Source of the DNA: Bacteroidales bacterium
GTDB lineage: Bacteria > Bacteroidota > Bacteroidia > Bacteroidales > ML635J-15
Direction: 5' to 3'
Length of the DNA: 36,430 nucleotides
Assembly (NCBI GenBank): GCA_028701945.1
Contig: JAQVPT010000002.1
Coordinates: 1 to 36,430 of the forward strand
The translations under genes and the position numbers were made by a program. How positions within the stretch are numbered: the stretch's first letter is position 1; the number at the start of each line of letters is the position of its first letter. Shown here one piece after another: positions 1 to 9,709 of the stretch. The notes beneath the pieces are model-generated. The model did not search any database, was not told where the DNA came from, and saw only the letters and a list, made by a program, of their open reading frames with translations.

Positions 1-2298
1 CTATGTAGCTGGTTACTATTTATTTTAACCCTTATTATTACAATCGCTCCATTTTTTAGTATTGGTTTTACCACTGCCGATGATTTAGCCCATTATATGA
101 CCTTAAATAGACATGGAGTTTTTCAAGAAGCATGGATAAATTCAAAGAGTCAAGGTCGGTTTTATTTTATTGTTACAAATCCAATGAATGCTTTAGCGTA
201 CATTGGTGACAACTTCTTGTTAACTAAAATAATTCAACATGTTTCTTTATTACTTTCATATTCTTTATTTTCTGTCCTTATCAAAAAACTTTTTAAGTCT
301 AAGGAGTTAGCACTTGTTATGTTTCTCTTACTTATTATGGCGACACCAGCTTCAGGGAATCTCCACTTACCTTTTATCGCCTATCCTTTTTATTTTACTT
401 TTAGCTTCTCAGTTTTAATTAGCTCTTGTTTGCTATTTATAAAATATACAGAAACTCAAAAATATAAGTATGTTGTTTTTTCTGCAATAGTTCTTTTTAT
501 TGCAATCTTATTTTACGAAGCATACCTTGTTTTTCTTTTGTTTTTTTGTCTTTTCATATTCTATCGAAACTTATCTTCTTTAAAAAGTCTAAAAACATTA
601 TTAAGGAACAAAACTTTTTACAAAGAGGTAATACCGATAATCTCTGCCGCAATTTTATACGTTTTGCTTTACTTTAGCTTTCGAATAATCTTTGCAACTG
701 AAGCCGATTTATACGTAGGAAGCACTTTTGCAAGAAGTTTTAATTTCGCAAACTATCTCACGTTAATTATTAATTTAACAAAAACCGTTTTGCCCAACAA
801 TATATATAATCTGTCGCAAGATTTAATTATTAATAACTCTTTGTCTCCTTCTGGACATATAAATAATATTTGGCAAATTTTACGAAACTCCACATTATTA
901 TCAATTTTAAATACAATAATTCAGATGTTTTTATTTGTATTTATAGCCCTACGCATCAATAAAAACATATCATATAAAAGAATTTTATTAGGGATACTTA
1001 TCGCTTTTTTATTTACCATTTCAGCTCACTCAGTTTTGGGGCTTTCCGAAAAATACAATGTTTTTGAATATCATAGAATTAAAGGATATGTAACTTCATA
1101 TTATTCGTATTTTGGGGTTTGGTTGTTCCTTTTATTACTGTCATATTTAATTATAAAATTAACACATAAAATTAAATATATTAATTATGTCGTAATTGTA
1201 GCTCTGGGACTTGGAATTGGTTATGTCTCAATCATTACAGGTTATACAAATGAACATTTAAGTAGAAATTGGGAAAAAAGTCAACTTAGGTTCTCTTTAT
1301 TGGACGATTTTCTAGAAGATGGAGCCTTTGACCATGTGGAAAATGGATCTATTCTTTATTGTTCGGAAATATTTAGTTCCGACCCATTAAGTCCAAATCT
1401 TCCAGAATATTATTTTAATTTGCAAACATACATTCAAATTAAATCACAGAGAGATTTTTACGTGGCGAAAAACCCTAACGACCTAAAGCTGCTAATATAT
1501 ACAAATCCTGATGCTAAAATATATCGATTTATAAAGTCTGAAACTCAAAAAAACATCAATTTTATGTTTGTCATTGCGGAAATTAACAAATCAACTATTA
1601 ATTATGATAATGATGTGGATTTATTTATGAACGCAACTTGTAATAAGGCAGATATCCATTATTTTTCACCAACAAAAGATTTTATGTTTATCTTTCATCC
1701 TAAAGACTCAGAAGGTAAAATAGCAAAAGTAAATGATTACAATTATATTAAATTAGACAATGGTTACAATCAAATACATATTAATAATATAGGTAAAAAT
1801 GATAAGATTAGCTCTTTCTCAATCGAATCAGAGGTTGAAATGTTTTCTGAGAGGTTTTCGATTACAAATATGATTTCGAGCTACACAAACAAAGTGAATA
1901 TAGTTGATGATAACAAAGTTTTAATGAACTACTATAACGATGTTGATAATCTAGTTGTGGTTGATAGCATCAATGACTACCCTCTAAGTTTTACACCAGG
2001 AATCCCTTTAGAATCTTCATATTCGGCTATATCATTAGTTACAAACTTAGAAATTAGCAATATGCAAGAAGATAAATGTATTCGAATTGTAATAGAAGTT
2101 CGAGATAATAAAAATGAAATTGTTTTTTGGGAGGGCAAAACATTTTGTAACATGTCAATAATTAATTTTGATGAAATGATCGACTTGAAACATCTAAAAG
2201 AATTAAATCCAACTAATCTCCAATTTTACTTATGGAATTTTGATAAGTGTGAGTTTACAATTAATAGAATTAACAATGTGTCTGTTAAAATAATATAA
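1..2298 (+). CDS. Large polytopic membrane protein, probably 5'-truncated by the window edge; possible GT-C-type glycosyltransferase with a ~330-aa soluble C-terminal domain
   Basis: Frame 1 is open from base 1, with no stop before the ATG at 97, so the gene likely starts upstream of the window. The first ~400 aa are successive hydrophobic helices (LLLSYSLFSVLI, VVFSAIVLFIAILFY, LLGILIAFLFTISA and others), with an acidic loop TTADDLAHY near the start. The last third is hydrophilic. The family guess rests on architecture only. Confidence 0.6.
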   Translation, partial: LCSWLLFILTLIITIAPFFSIGFTTADDLAHYMTLNRHGVFQEAWINSKSQGRFYFIVTNPMNALAYIGDNFLLTKIIQHVSLLLSYSLFSVLIKKLFKSKELALVMFLLLIMATPASGNLHLPFIAYPFYFTFSFSVLISSCLLFIKYTETQKYKYVVFSAIVLFIAILFYEAYLVFLLFFCLFIFYRNLSSLKSLKTLLRNKTFYKEVIPIISAAILYVLLYFSFRIIFATEADLYVGSTFARSFNFANYLTLIINLTKTVLPNNIYNLSQDLIINNSLSPSGHINNIWQILRNSTLLSILNTIIQMFLFVFIALRINKNISYKRILLGILIAFLFTISAHSVLGLSEKYNVFEYHRIKGYVTSYYSYFGVWLFLLLLSYLIIKLTHKIKYINYVVIVALGLGIGYVSIITGYTNEHLSRNWEKSQLRFSLLDDFLEDGAFDHVENGSILYCSEIFSSDPLSPNLPEYYFNLQTYIQIKSQRDFYVAKNPNDLKLLIYTNPDAKIYRFIKSETQKNINFMFVIAEINKSTINYDNDVDLFMNATCNKADIHYFSPTKDFMFIFHPKDSEGKIAKVNDYNYIKLDNGYNQIHINNIGKNDKISSFSIESEVEMFSERFSITNMISSYTNKVNIVDDNKVLMNYYNDVDNLVVVDSINDYPLSFTPGIPLESSYSAISLVTNLEISNMQEDKCIRIVIEVRDNKNEIVFWEGKTFCNMSIINFDEMIDLKHLKELNPTNLQFYLWNFDKCEFTINRINNVSVKII

Positions 2299-2431
2299 CA
2301 CGAATTATTCATGCGACTACCTCATTGTTTCGCTAATATAGTCATTATCAGAATTTAAATAGAAGTATAAAATTACTTAGTCAAAAAAAATAATATCCTG
2401 ACAATTTGTCATATATTTAATGAAAAATTAT

Positions 2432-2439
2432 TAAGTTTG
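2432..2439 (+). promoter_or_regulatory. Candidate Bacteroidota -7 promoter box (TAAGTTTG, consensus TAnnTTTG)
   Basis: TAAGTTTG lies 27 nt upstream of the ATG at 2467. A TTTG at 2405-2408 is a possible -33 element. Confidence 0.4.
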
Positions 2440-2454
2440 CATTTTAAATAACAG

Positions 2455-3690
2455 GTGTATAAATTTATGGATTTGCAAAGCATAAAACAAAGATTTGAAA
2501 TTATTGGAAATACGGCGGGTTTAAATCGTGCTTTAGATATTGCCGTGCAGGTTGCACCAACCGATTTGTCAGTTTTAATTACTGGAGAAAGTGGTGTGGG
2601 AAAAGAACGCATCCCGCAGATAATTCATTCACAGAGTTTACGTAAGCATAACAATTATATTGCCGTTAACTGCGGAGCTATTCCTGAAGGCACAATTGAT
2701 TCCGAACTGTTTGGACACATTAAAGGGTCATTTACAAGTGCACACAGCGACAGAAAAGGCTATTTCGAAGAGGCTGATGGAGGAACAATTTTTTTGGATG
2801 AAGTCGCCGAACTTCCACTTTCTACCCAAGTTAGGTTGCTCAGAGTTTTAGAAACTGGTGAGTTTATAAAAGTTGGTTCGTCGAAAGGACAAAAAACTAA
2901 TGTGAGAGTTGTTGCTGCAACAAACGTGGATTTAGCTACAAGAGTTAGTAATGGAAAGTTTAGAGAAGATTTATTTTACCGGCTTAATACTGTGCCGATA
3001 CTTGTTCCTCCGCTAAGAACTCGACAAGAAGACATCCACTTGCTCTTTAGAAAATTCGCCTCCGATTTTGCCGAAAGATATCGTATGCCACTTATTAGGC
3101 TTACTGACGATGCAATACAAGTGCTCAATAAATATAGATGGCCTGGAAATATACGACAACTAAAAAATATTACAGAACAAATTTCTGTCATTGAGGAAAA
3201 AAGACTTATAACGGCTGAAATTCTAAAATCCTATCTTGTCGGCTCCGACGCTACAAATTTGCCAGCTTTAATAAAAAAACAAAATAATTTTGAAGATTTT
3301 TCTTCGGAACGCGAAATTTTGTATCAAGTTTTGTTTGATATGAAAAAAGATATGAACGAGCTAAAAATGCTTGTGAATGACATTATTAAACAAAGTCCCG
3401 ATGTGAAAATTAACGATTACGGAACAAAGGTTGTAAAGAGTTTTAATGAAGATATCAAAATGGCGGATATCAAACCTATTTACCGTGATGATAATTCTGA
3501 CAATCAAGATGATTACGAAGACCGTGGCGAAGTTGTAGAAGAAGTATTATCTTTGCAGGAACAGGAAAAAGAATTAATCATCAAATCACTCGAAAAAAAC
3601 AATAACAAAAGAAAATTAGCCTCCGAAGAACTAGGCATTTCCGAAAGAACACTATATCGAAAAATAAAAGAATACGATATTAAAAAATGA
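2455..3690 (+). CDS. Sigma-54-dependent transcriptional activator (bacterial enhancer-binding protein) made of an AAA+ domain and a Fis-type HTH, with no N-terminal sensor or receiver domain
   Basis: Walker A GESGVGKE; GAFTGA-equivalent loop GHIKGSFTSA; Walker B GGTIFLDEVAEL; RVVAATN and FREDLFYRLN; C-terminal HTH LASEELGISERTLYRKIKEY. The track start at 2455 is GTG; the ATG at 2467 (MDLQSIKQRF) is the more likely start. Confidence 0.9.
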   Translation: MYKFMDLQSIKQRFEIIGNTAGLNRALDIAVQVAPTDLSVLITGESGVGKERIPQIIHSQSLRKHNNYIAVNCGAIPEGTIDSELFGHIKGSFTSAHSDRKGYFEEADGGTIFLDEVAELPLSTQVRLLRVLETGEFIKVGSSKGQKTNVRVVAATNVDLATRVSNGKFREDLFYRLNTVPILVPPLRTRQEDIHLLFRKFASDFAERYRMPLIRLTDDAIQVLNKYRWPGNIRQLKNITEQISVIEEKRLITAEILKSYLVGSDATNLPALIKKQNNFEDFSSEREILYQVLFDMKKDMNELKMLVNDIIKQSPDVKINDYGTKVVKSFNEDIKMADIKPIYRDDNSDNQDDYEDRGEVVEEVLSLQEQEKELIIKSLEKNNNKRKLASEELGISERTLYRKIKEYDIKK

Positions 3691-4199
3691 AGATAAATAT
3701 TTTATATATTGTTGTTATTTGTATAAGTCTAGTTTCATTTAACTCATGCAAAGGTGGTTACTCATTTACTGGGGCAGATATTGATGCAAATATCAAAACT
3801 ATCACAATTGAATATTTCCAAAATAGAGCTAGTCTAGTACAACCAAACTTAAGTAATGTTTTTACCGAAGCTCTAAAAGATAAATTTGTCTCCCAAACAA
3901 ATCTCGAACTTATTAATTATACTGGAGACTTAAAACTGCAAGGAGAAATAACAAACTATAATGTAACAGCACAATCTTTTCAAGGTAACGAAACAGCTGC
4001 CTTAAACAGGCTTACAATAACTGTCAGGGTCAAATACACAAATAACATTGAGCCTTCTAAAGATTTTGATACAAGCTTTTCTAGATATGCAGATTTTCAG
4101 AGTTCACAAAGTCTTTCTGCTGTTGAAGCAAGCCTAATTCAAGAAATTAGCGAAGAGCTCGTAGTTGATATTTTTAATAAGGCAGTAGCTAATTGGTAA
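3687..4199 (+). CDS. lptE: LptE-like outer-membrane lipoprotein (LPS assembly)
   Basis: Signal peptide with lipobox (LVSFNSC) followed by GGYSFTG. The ~170-aa size and motifs such as YFQNRASLVQPNLS and NRLTITVRVKYTN are typical of Bacteroidota LptE-family proteins. The start overlaps the upstream stop (ATGA at 3687-3690). Confidence 0.7.
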   Translation: MKINILYIVVICISLVSFNSCKGGYSFTGADIDANIKTITIEYFQNRASLVQPNLSNVFTEALKDKFVSQTNLELINYTGDLKLQGEITNYNVTAQSFQGNETAALNRLTITVRVKYTNNIEPSKDFDTSFSRYADFQSSQSLSAVEASLIQEISEELVVDIFNKAVANW

Positions 4200-4201
4200 T
4201 A

Positions 4202-5524
4202 ATGAATAAAGAACAATTCATAGAATATGTAAAAGACTTCAAGGCTCTCGATAATAAAAGCCTCTCTGAAATAAAATTACTTATTGAAGAATTTCCACAT
4301 TTTCAGTCTGCATGGGTGTTATATGCGAAAAACTTGCATAATATTAACGATGTTAGATTCGAAAGTAATCTCAAGATTGCTGCTGTTCATGTATCTGACC
4401 GAAAAGTTCTTAAACATATTATTGAAGATAAATATACACCATCTGAAATAAAACCAGAGATAATATCTATTGAAAAGACTAAAGTAACTGATGAAATACT
4501 TGAAATAGACGAAACGGAATTACAAAATACTGATAAAAAAACACTTGTCTGCGAAGATGATAATATAGAACAAAATATTATTGAAAAAAACATTATTGAA
4601 AAAAATGTTGCAGACCTCGTTCTTGAAAATATCAATAAAACAAAATTATCGAAAACAGATAATCATGAGGCAAACCCCACAATTGTAGAAGAAGAAAACA
4701 CAAATGTGGATGCGCAAATTGTTTCAAAAAATGAAGATTTTATTCTAATTGATGAGCAGACTGAAAATAACATCATTGATTTACAATTAGGGGATGCTGT
4801 AGAAAATAATATCAATAAAACTCAAGATGCAAAGCTTTTACAAGGGGTTGAGGTTTCGGCTGCCGATATGATTTTGCAAAATATAAATGACATAAAATCG
4901 GGCGATACTACCACAATAAGAGATGGTTCTGTTCCAATTGATAAAAATTCTAATCTTCAGAAGGTAATTGAGCAAAGACTGGCAGAGTTACAAACCTCGA
5001 AAGGGCAAAGTAATGAAGATTCTGATTTGAAAGATGATATTAAAACTGAAATTTTTATTCCAGAAGAAAAAACAGTCGCTGAATCAATAAAAGTAGAGCT
5101 TGATGATATTATTGATTTTGAAAAAATTGTCGGCGACGACAAAAACAGTAAATCTGATAAAGAATATATCAAACCTGAGCTAAAATCAGAGGAGTTTTTA
5201 GATTTTAATTTTAACATAGAAGAAAAAAAACAGATTACCAAGGAGAAAAAAAATGAAATGATTGACAAATTTATAGCGGCCGATCCACGAATTGTAGCAC
5301 AAAAAAACTATACACCTAATGACGCATTTGCAACAGATACTGCGTTATCGGACAGCGATGAGTTATTTAGCGAAACTCTAGCAAAAATATATATTAGTCA
5401 AGGGCATTTTGATAAAGCAATTTTAACTTATGAAAAATTATGTTTGAAATATCCCGAAAAAAGTATTTACTTTGTGGGTCAAATTGAAAAAACAAAAGAA
5501 TTAATAAAAAATAAACAGGATTAG
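4202..5524 (+). CDS. Acidic low-complexity protein with a C-terminal TPR-like helical hairpin; function unknown
   Basis: Long ORF with uniform coding frame. The track start at 4193 is TTG; the ATG at 4202 (MNKEQF) is more likely. The central D/E/K/N-rich region contains the tandem NIIEKNIIEKN. The C-terminus AKIYISQGHFDKAILTYEKLCLKYPEKS resembles a TPR unit. Confidence 0.7.
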   Translation: MNKEQFIEYVKDFKALDNKSLSEIKLLIEEFPHFQSAWVLYAKNLHNINDVRFESNLKIAAVHVSDRKVLKHIIEDKYTPSEIKPEIISIEKTKVTDEILEIDETELQNTDKKTLVCEDDNIEQNIIEKNIIEKNVADLVLENINKTKLSKTDNHEANPTIVEEENTNVDAQIVSKNEDFILIDEQTENNIIDLQLGDAVENNINKTQDAKLLQGVEVSAADMILQNINDIKSGDTTTIRDGSVPIDKNSNLQKVIEQRLAELQTSKGQSNEDSDLKDDIKTEIFIPEEKTVAESIKVELDDIIDFEKIVGDDKNSKSDKEYIKPELKSEEFLDFNFNIEEKKQITKEKKNEMIDKFIAADPRIVAQKNYTPNDAFATDTALSDSDELFSETLAKIYISQGHFDKAILTYEKLCLKYPEKSIYFVGQIEKTKELIKNKQD

Positions 5525-5526
5525 TT

Positions 5527-5835
5527 ATGTATATCTTCTTCTCAATAATGATTATCGTATGTGCAGTACTTTTAATTTTAATCGTACTAGTACAAAATAG
5601 CAAAGGTGGTGGTTTGGCTTCGGGTTTCGGTCAAGGAAATCAGGTGATGGGGGTTAAAAAAACTGCCGACTTTCTGGAAAAAGCGACTTGGACGCTTGCA
5701 GTTGGATTAGTAGCTTTTTGTCTATTAGCTAGTTTTTCTATTCCTGAGCGTAAAATCCAAGAACCAATAAGTGCGGAAAGACCTATGCAGAATACTCCAA
5801 CAGGCCCTGCTGCTCCAGCTCCACAAGGAGAATAG
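5527..5835 (+). CDS. secG: Preprotein translocase subunit SecG
   Basis: An N-terminal TM helix is followed by LVQNSKGGGLASGFG, then a second TM helix. The size of ~100 aa fits SecG. Confidence 0.9.
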   Translation: MYIFFSIMIIVCAVLLILIVLVQNSKGGGLASGFGQGNQVMGVKKTADFLEKATWTLAVGLVAFCLLASFSIPERKIQEPISAERPMQNTPTGPAAPAPQGE

Positions 5836-5960
5836 TTTAGAATTACATTCTAAAATATAATAGCCTTATCTTTTTTGGATGAGGTGATTAATTCGTAATT
5901 AATACAACTCCATTATCAAAGCTATAATATATAGTTTCGGTAAGGGGGTTACAAACATTT

Positions 5961-8900
5961 TTACTTAAAAATTTCTCTTAATTCTTTATTACTTAGTTTT
6001 CCAATCCAATTTTCGCCGCTTGCGACTGTCATATCTGCTAAATGTTTTTTCCTTTGAATCATTTCGTCGATACGTTCCTCGAAAGTGTTTTTTGTAATTA
6101 GTCGGTGAACCATTACATTTTTATCTTGTCCGATACGGTAAGCTCTATCCGTGGCTTGATTTTCGACTGCGGGATTCCACCACAAATCGTAATGTATAAC
6201 ATGCGAGGCAGCAGTAAGATTTAGACCAGTACCAGCAGCTTTAAGCGACAGCAAAAATATTTTGTCTGCTTTATTGTTTTGAAAATTGTTTACCATTTCT
6301 TGTCGCTGTTTTACACTGCTACCACCATGATAAAACATTGGTTCTTCACCAAATTTTTCTTGAATAAAGTGCGATAATAGCAGCCCCATTTCTTTAAACT
6401 GTGTGAAAATAAGTACTTTTTCGCCGCTATCAATAATACTGTCTAACAGCTCTAACAATAATTCTGTTTTTCCCGAAAGTGTAGCATCAAATTTTTTATT
6501 TTTCAAAAATTGTGTCGGATGATTGCAAATTTGCTTTAATGCCATAATCATTTGTAATACCAATCCCTGCCTTTTGAAAAGCGATTTGTTGTCATCAGTC
6601 GAACAACCTTCAATTTCATCCATTGCTAAGTGCATTGTTTTTTCATACAAGGAGGCTTGTTGTTTTGTTAACAAAGCAAATTGGTTTTGTTCAATTTTAT
6701 CAGGTAAATCAGAAATAATTGTTTTGTCAGTTTTCATTCGTCTCATCATAAAAGGCTGGGTGATTTTACGAAACTTAGATGCAACTTGCTCATCATTAAA
6801 TACTTGTATTGGGTTCGCATACTCAGATTTAAAAGATTTTACATTACCAAGATAGCCTTTATTAGCATAATCCATGATTGACCAAAACTCAGTTAGACGA
6901 TTTTCAACTGGTGTGCCACTCATAGCAACTCTTATATTTGCGGGTATGCTTTTAATTGCTTTTGATTGAGCAGTAACTTGATTTTTTATGTTTTGTGCTT
7001 CATCAATAATCATAATCTGCCATTTTTGCTTTTTTAACAAATCGGCATCACTACGCAATATCCCATAACTTGTCAACATTATATCGGCATCAAAATTTTT
7101 ATAATTTCGACTTGTGCCATGATAAATATGTGTGCTTAACGAAGGAGCAAATTTTTCTATTTCTAACTGCCAATTAATTAATAATCCTGTGGGGACAACT
7201 ACCAAGGCTTTGTGTTTATCATTAATAGCTTTTTCTTCTTTATATTTTAGTAAAACAGATATAACTTGTATAGTCTTTCCAAGTCCCATATCATCAGCAA
7301 TGATGCTCCCAAATCCAATACGACTATTTTTGTACATCCACGAATAACCGCGTAATTGGTAGGGTCGAAGTTCTGCGTTTAGTCCAGCCGGAAGCGGAAT
7401 ATTCTCGTTTGTTGTCAATTCGTTTATCAAAACACGAACATCGTCAGACAGGGAAATGGGTGCTCCTTGGTATTCCTCCGACAATGCAGTTTGTAGCAAC
7501 TGATATGAGTCTAATGGTTTAGTTTCAGTTAATGCTTTATGCAACTTTTCGATATCTGCATCACTCACATATATATAATTTCCTTTAAATTTAAACAGTC
7601 TTGAGGCATTTTCTAAAAGTTGGTTAAATTCTTCTTGCGAGACAAGTGTATCTCCAATAGCGACCTGCCAATTAAAAGAAAGCAAATCATCTAAACGAAT
7701 GTAGCCTTGACTTTCTTGATTCTTTTCTAACTTTACCGATACTCGTGGACGCAACAGTTTTTCTAATGATTTCGGAAGTACGGTATTTATATCTAATAAT
7801 CTTACAGCAGGCAATACATCAATAAGAAATGGAGCAAACTCTTTGTTGTTAAAGCGTACAGGCGTAATACCACCACAATTAATATAATCATCAATACCAC
7901 GAATAAATGGCGACAACAAAGATAAAGACTGTAATATTTTAAAACGCTGTTTTTCGTATTGTTTTTCTTTAAGAATCTCATTTAAAGGTATCGGAAATTC
8001 TTCGGGTTTAGTGGTATCATCAATGCTTATTTGCACATCAAACTCTTCGTCGGGTAATTCAGAAACAATAATTACTGGTTTATAATTTTCGGATGTTAAA
8101 TGATATCTGTCTAGCCAAACTTTTATACCTCCGCTTATAGCATTTTCACCTACATCTGTAAAACCGTAACTTTTATTTTTAAAAAATAAATCTTCGTACA
8201 AATCATCATTTGATAGCCTTGATAAATGAACTAATATTGCATTAATAAAAACAGTTATAAGTTCAATAGTTTGATTTTTAACTTGTAAAAATTCTTCTTT
8301 ATTATTAGTTATTTTATTGGTAAGCAATAATCCTTGTGGAATAATTTCGTCAAGTTTAGCAATCACTGTTTTTACTCTGTTGTCAATCATTGCAGGCAGC
8401 CAACGGATAGCAAATTCTGTATTCTCCAACTTAATTATTTGTGGAATAATCAAACCTTTTGCCAATAAATGTATAGAAGCTAACAGTACTTTATGAAAAG
8501 CGACAACTGAAGGCTCGAAATCGCGCAGCATATCAGGATTTAGCCGAAATAATGCTCGTATTAGTTGTTCAATTTTGGAAATGTTGTGATCGTGTCCAGT
8601 AATAAATATTTGATTGTTTTTATTTATTTGCAAACCCAATTTTGTCCTATTCGACAAATTAGGCTCTTTGGACGGAATGAAATCAGGGAATAGAAAGTCA
8701 AGATCAAGATTTTTATTTAAAATGCGGTTTGCTTCTCTTGAGATACGAATAATTTGTGCTGAATATTTATCTTTAAAATTTCCTGAAGGGTAAAAAGGCG
8801 GCTCGTCTGGCAATAATTGAACCAAGGGTTCTGTCATATTTTCTAATTGCGAAAAATCGACCAGTTCATAAACCGCATCTCCGTAGGTTTCGGATTTTGT

Positions 8901-9494
8901 TGATTTTTTTGGCTTTTTTGTTTTTAAAATTTTATCCAAGCTAAGAATTTCTGTTTTCTTTTGGTCAGCTACAAATATTCCACGTTTTTTAAGTTCTTCT
9001 AATAATTTTACTTTATGGATTTCAAATACGAGAAAAGGGTTATTGTCAATTTCGCGGCTTACTATATAAATTACAGAAGCAAGATGTTTGCATGGTACTG
9101 CCCAATCTGGACACGAACATTGCATTTTAAAATCTGTCCATTGTTTTGGGAATACTTTTAAGCCCACTTCGTTTGCAATATCAAGTATAGAAGGGTCGAG
9201 TTCGCGATTTAATAATTTTGAAATAAGTGCTGGACGCTCTATGATTTTTGTCATTAGCACATCAATATCTTCCTCGAAAAATGGCGGAATAATTATATCA
9301 ACAGTGTACGGTGTTTTACGACTTCCCGAAACTTTGGCAGATATCCTATTTTCATTTATCTTTACGCTTAACACATTTCCTCGTCTAGCATAAGTAGCTC
9401 CACGAGGCAATCTATTATCATAATCTACATTTTGTAACGAACGGAGCCAATGTTCGCCCCACCATGTTTTTCCGAATTTCATTGCCATTTTCAA
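5961..9494 (-). CDS. SWIM zinc-finger + SNF2-family (Swi2/Snf2) helicase/ATPase, 1177 aa
   Basis: N-terminal SWIM signature CSCPDWAVPCKH. SNF2 motifs: LRPYQLRGYSWM, ADDMGLGKT (I), DEAQNIKN (II), SGTPVENRL (III), LSLKAAGTGLNLT (V) and QATDRAYRIGQ (VI). A ~550-aa linker between SWIM and the ATPase is as in bacterial 'SNF2 helicase-associated' proteins such as B. subtilis YwqA. Confidence 0.9.
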   Translation of the reverse strand: MKMAMKFGKTWWGEHWLRSLQNVDYDNRLPRGATYARRGNVLSVKINENRISAKVSGSRKTPYTVDIIIPPFFEEDIDVLMTKIIERPALISKLLNRELDPSILDIANEVGLKVFPKQWTDFKMQCSCPDWAVPCKHLASVIYIVSREIDNNPFLVFEIHKVKLLEELKKRGIFVADQKKTEILSLDKILKTKKPKKSTKSETYGDAVYELVDFSQLENMTEPLVQLLPDEPPFYPSGNFKDKYSAQIIRISREANRILNKNLDLDFLFPDFIPSKEPNLSNRTKLGLQINKNNQIFITGHDHNISKIEQLIRALFRLNPDMLRDFEPSVVAFHKVLLASIHLLAKGLIIPQIIKLENTEFAIRWLPAMIDNRVKTVIAKLDEIIPQGLLLTNKITNNKEEFLQVKNQTIELITVFINAILVHLSRLSNDDLYEDLFFKNKSYGFTDVGENAISGGIKVWLDRYHLTSENYKPVIIVSELPDEEFDVQISIDDTTKPEEFPIPLNEILKEKQYEKQRFKILQSLSLLSPFIRGIDDYINCGGITPVRFNNKEFAPFLIDVLPAVRLLDINTVLPKSLEKLLRPRVSVKLEKNQESQGYIRLDDLLSFNWQVAIGDTLVSQEEFNQLLENASRLFKFKGNYIYVSDADIEKLHKALTETKPLDSYQLLQTALSEEYQGAPISLSDDVRVLINELTTNENIPLPAGLNAELRPYQLRGYSWMYKNSRIGFGSIIADDMGLGKTIQVISVLLKYKEEKAINDKHKALVVVPTGLLINWQLEIEKFAPSLSTHIYHGTSRNYKNFDADIMLTSYGILRSDADLLKKQKWQIMIIDEAQNIKNQVTAQSKAIKSIPANIRVAMSGTPVENRLTEFWSIMDYANKGYLGNVKSFKSEYANPIQVFNDEQVASKFRKITQPFMMRRMKTDKTIISDLPDKIEQNQFALLTKQQASLYEKTMHLAMDEIEGCSTDDNKSLFKRQGLVLQMIMALKQICNHPTQFLKNKKFDATLSGKTELLLELLDSIIDSGEKVLIFTQFKEMGLLLSHFIQEKFGEEPMFYHGGSSVKQRQEMVNNFQNNKADKIFLLSLKAAGTGLNLTAASHVIHYDLWWNPAVENQATDRAYRIGQDKNVMVHRLITKNTFEERIDEMIQRKKHLADMTVASGENWIGKLSNKELREIFK

Positions 9495-9668
9495 TAGTTT
9501 TTATTAGGTGGTAAAGTTAAAAATAAAAAAAGAAATCATTTAGAGGAAACTTAATTTTTCTCAAGCGAAATGCTGGTAATATAGTCTTGTAACTAGCATC
9601 TACCGATGATTTTTTTTACAAAATCTCAATTAAACATTGTGTATTTTAAAATTGTCACCAAACTTTAA

Positions 9669-9676
9669 TATCTTTG
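9669..9676 (+). promoter_or_regulatory. Candidate Bacteroidota -7 promoter box (TATCTTTG)
   Basis: Matches TAnnTTTG and ends 33 nt upstream of the ATG at 9710, inside the 215-bp divergent intergenic region. Confidence 0.4.
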
Positions 9677-9709
9677 TAAGTATAATAACATACACACTAA
9701 CCAAACAAA

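Noticed and set aside
5864-5884. Hairpin CCTTATC-TTTTTTG-GATGAGG between the convergent secG and SNF2 genes as a bidirectional terminator
   Set aside because: It is a 7-bp stem with a wobble or mismatch and no U-tract following it on either strand, which is too weak to call.
2409-9393. Numerous 60-110-aa antisense or shadow ORFs in the track (for example 2409-2612, 4387-4635, 4957-5268, 6523-6855, 9088-9393, and similar ones in later genes)
   Set aside because: All lie within, and opposite or out of frame to, long well-supported genes. Their Ser/Phe/Ile/Leu-rich compositions are typical of shadow frames in AT-rich DNA.
9570-9617. Hairpin plus T8 run in the SNF2/NYN intergenic region as an sRNA terminator
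   Set aside because: The stem is only about 5 perfect bp with mismatches, and the T-run starts about 10 nt after the stem. No upstream plus-strand transcription unit is evident.
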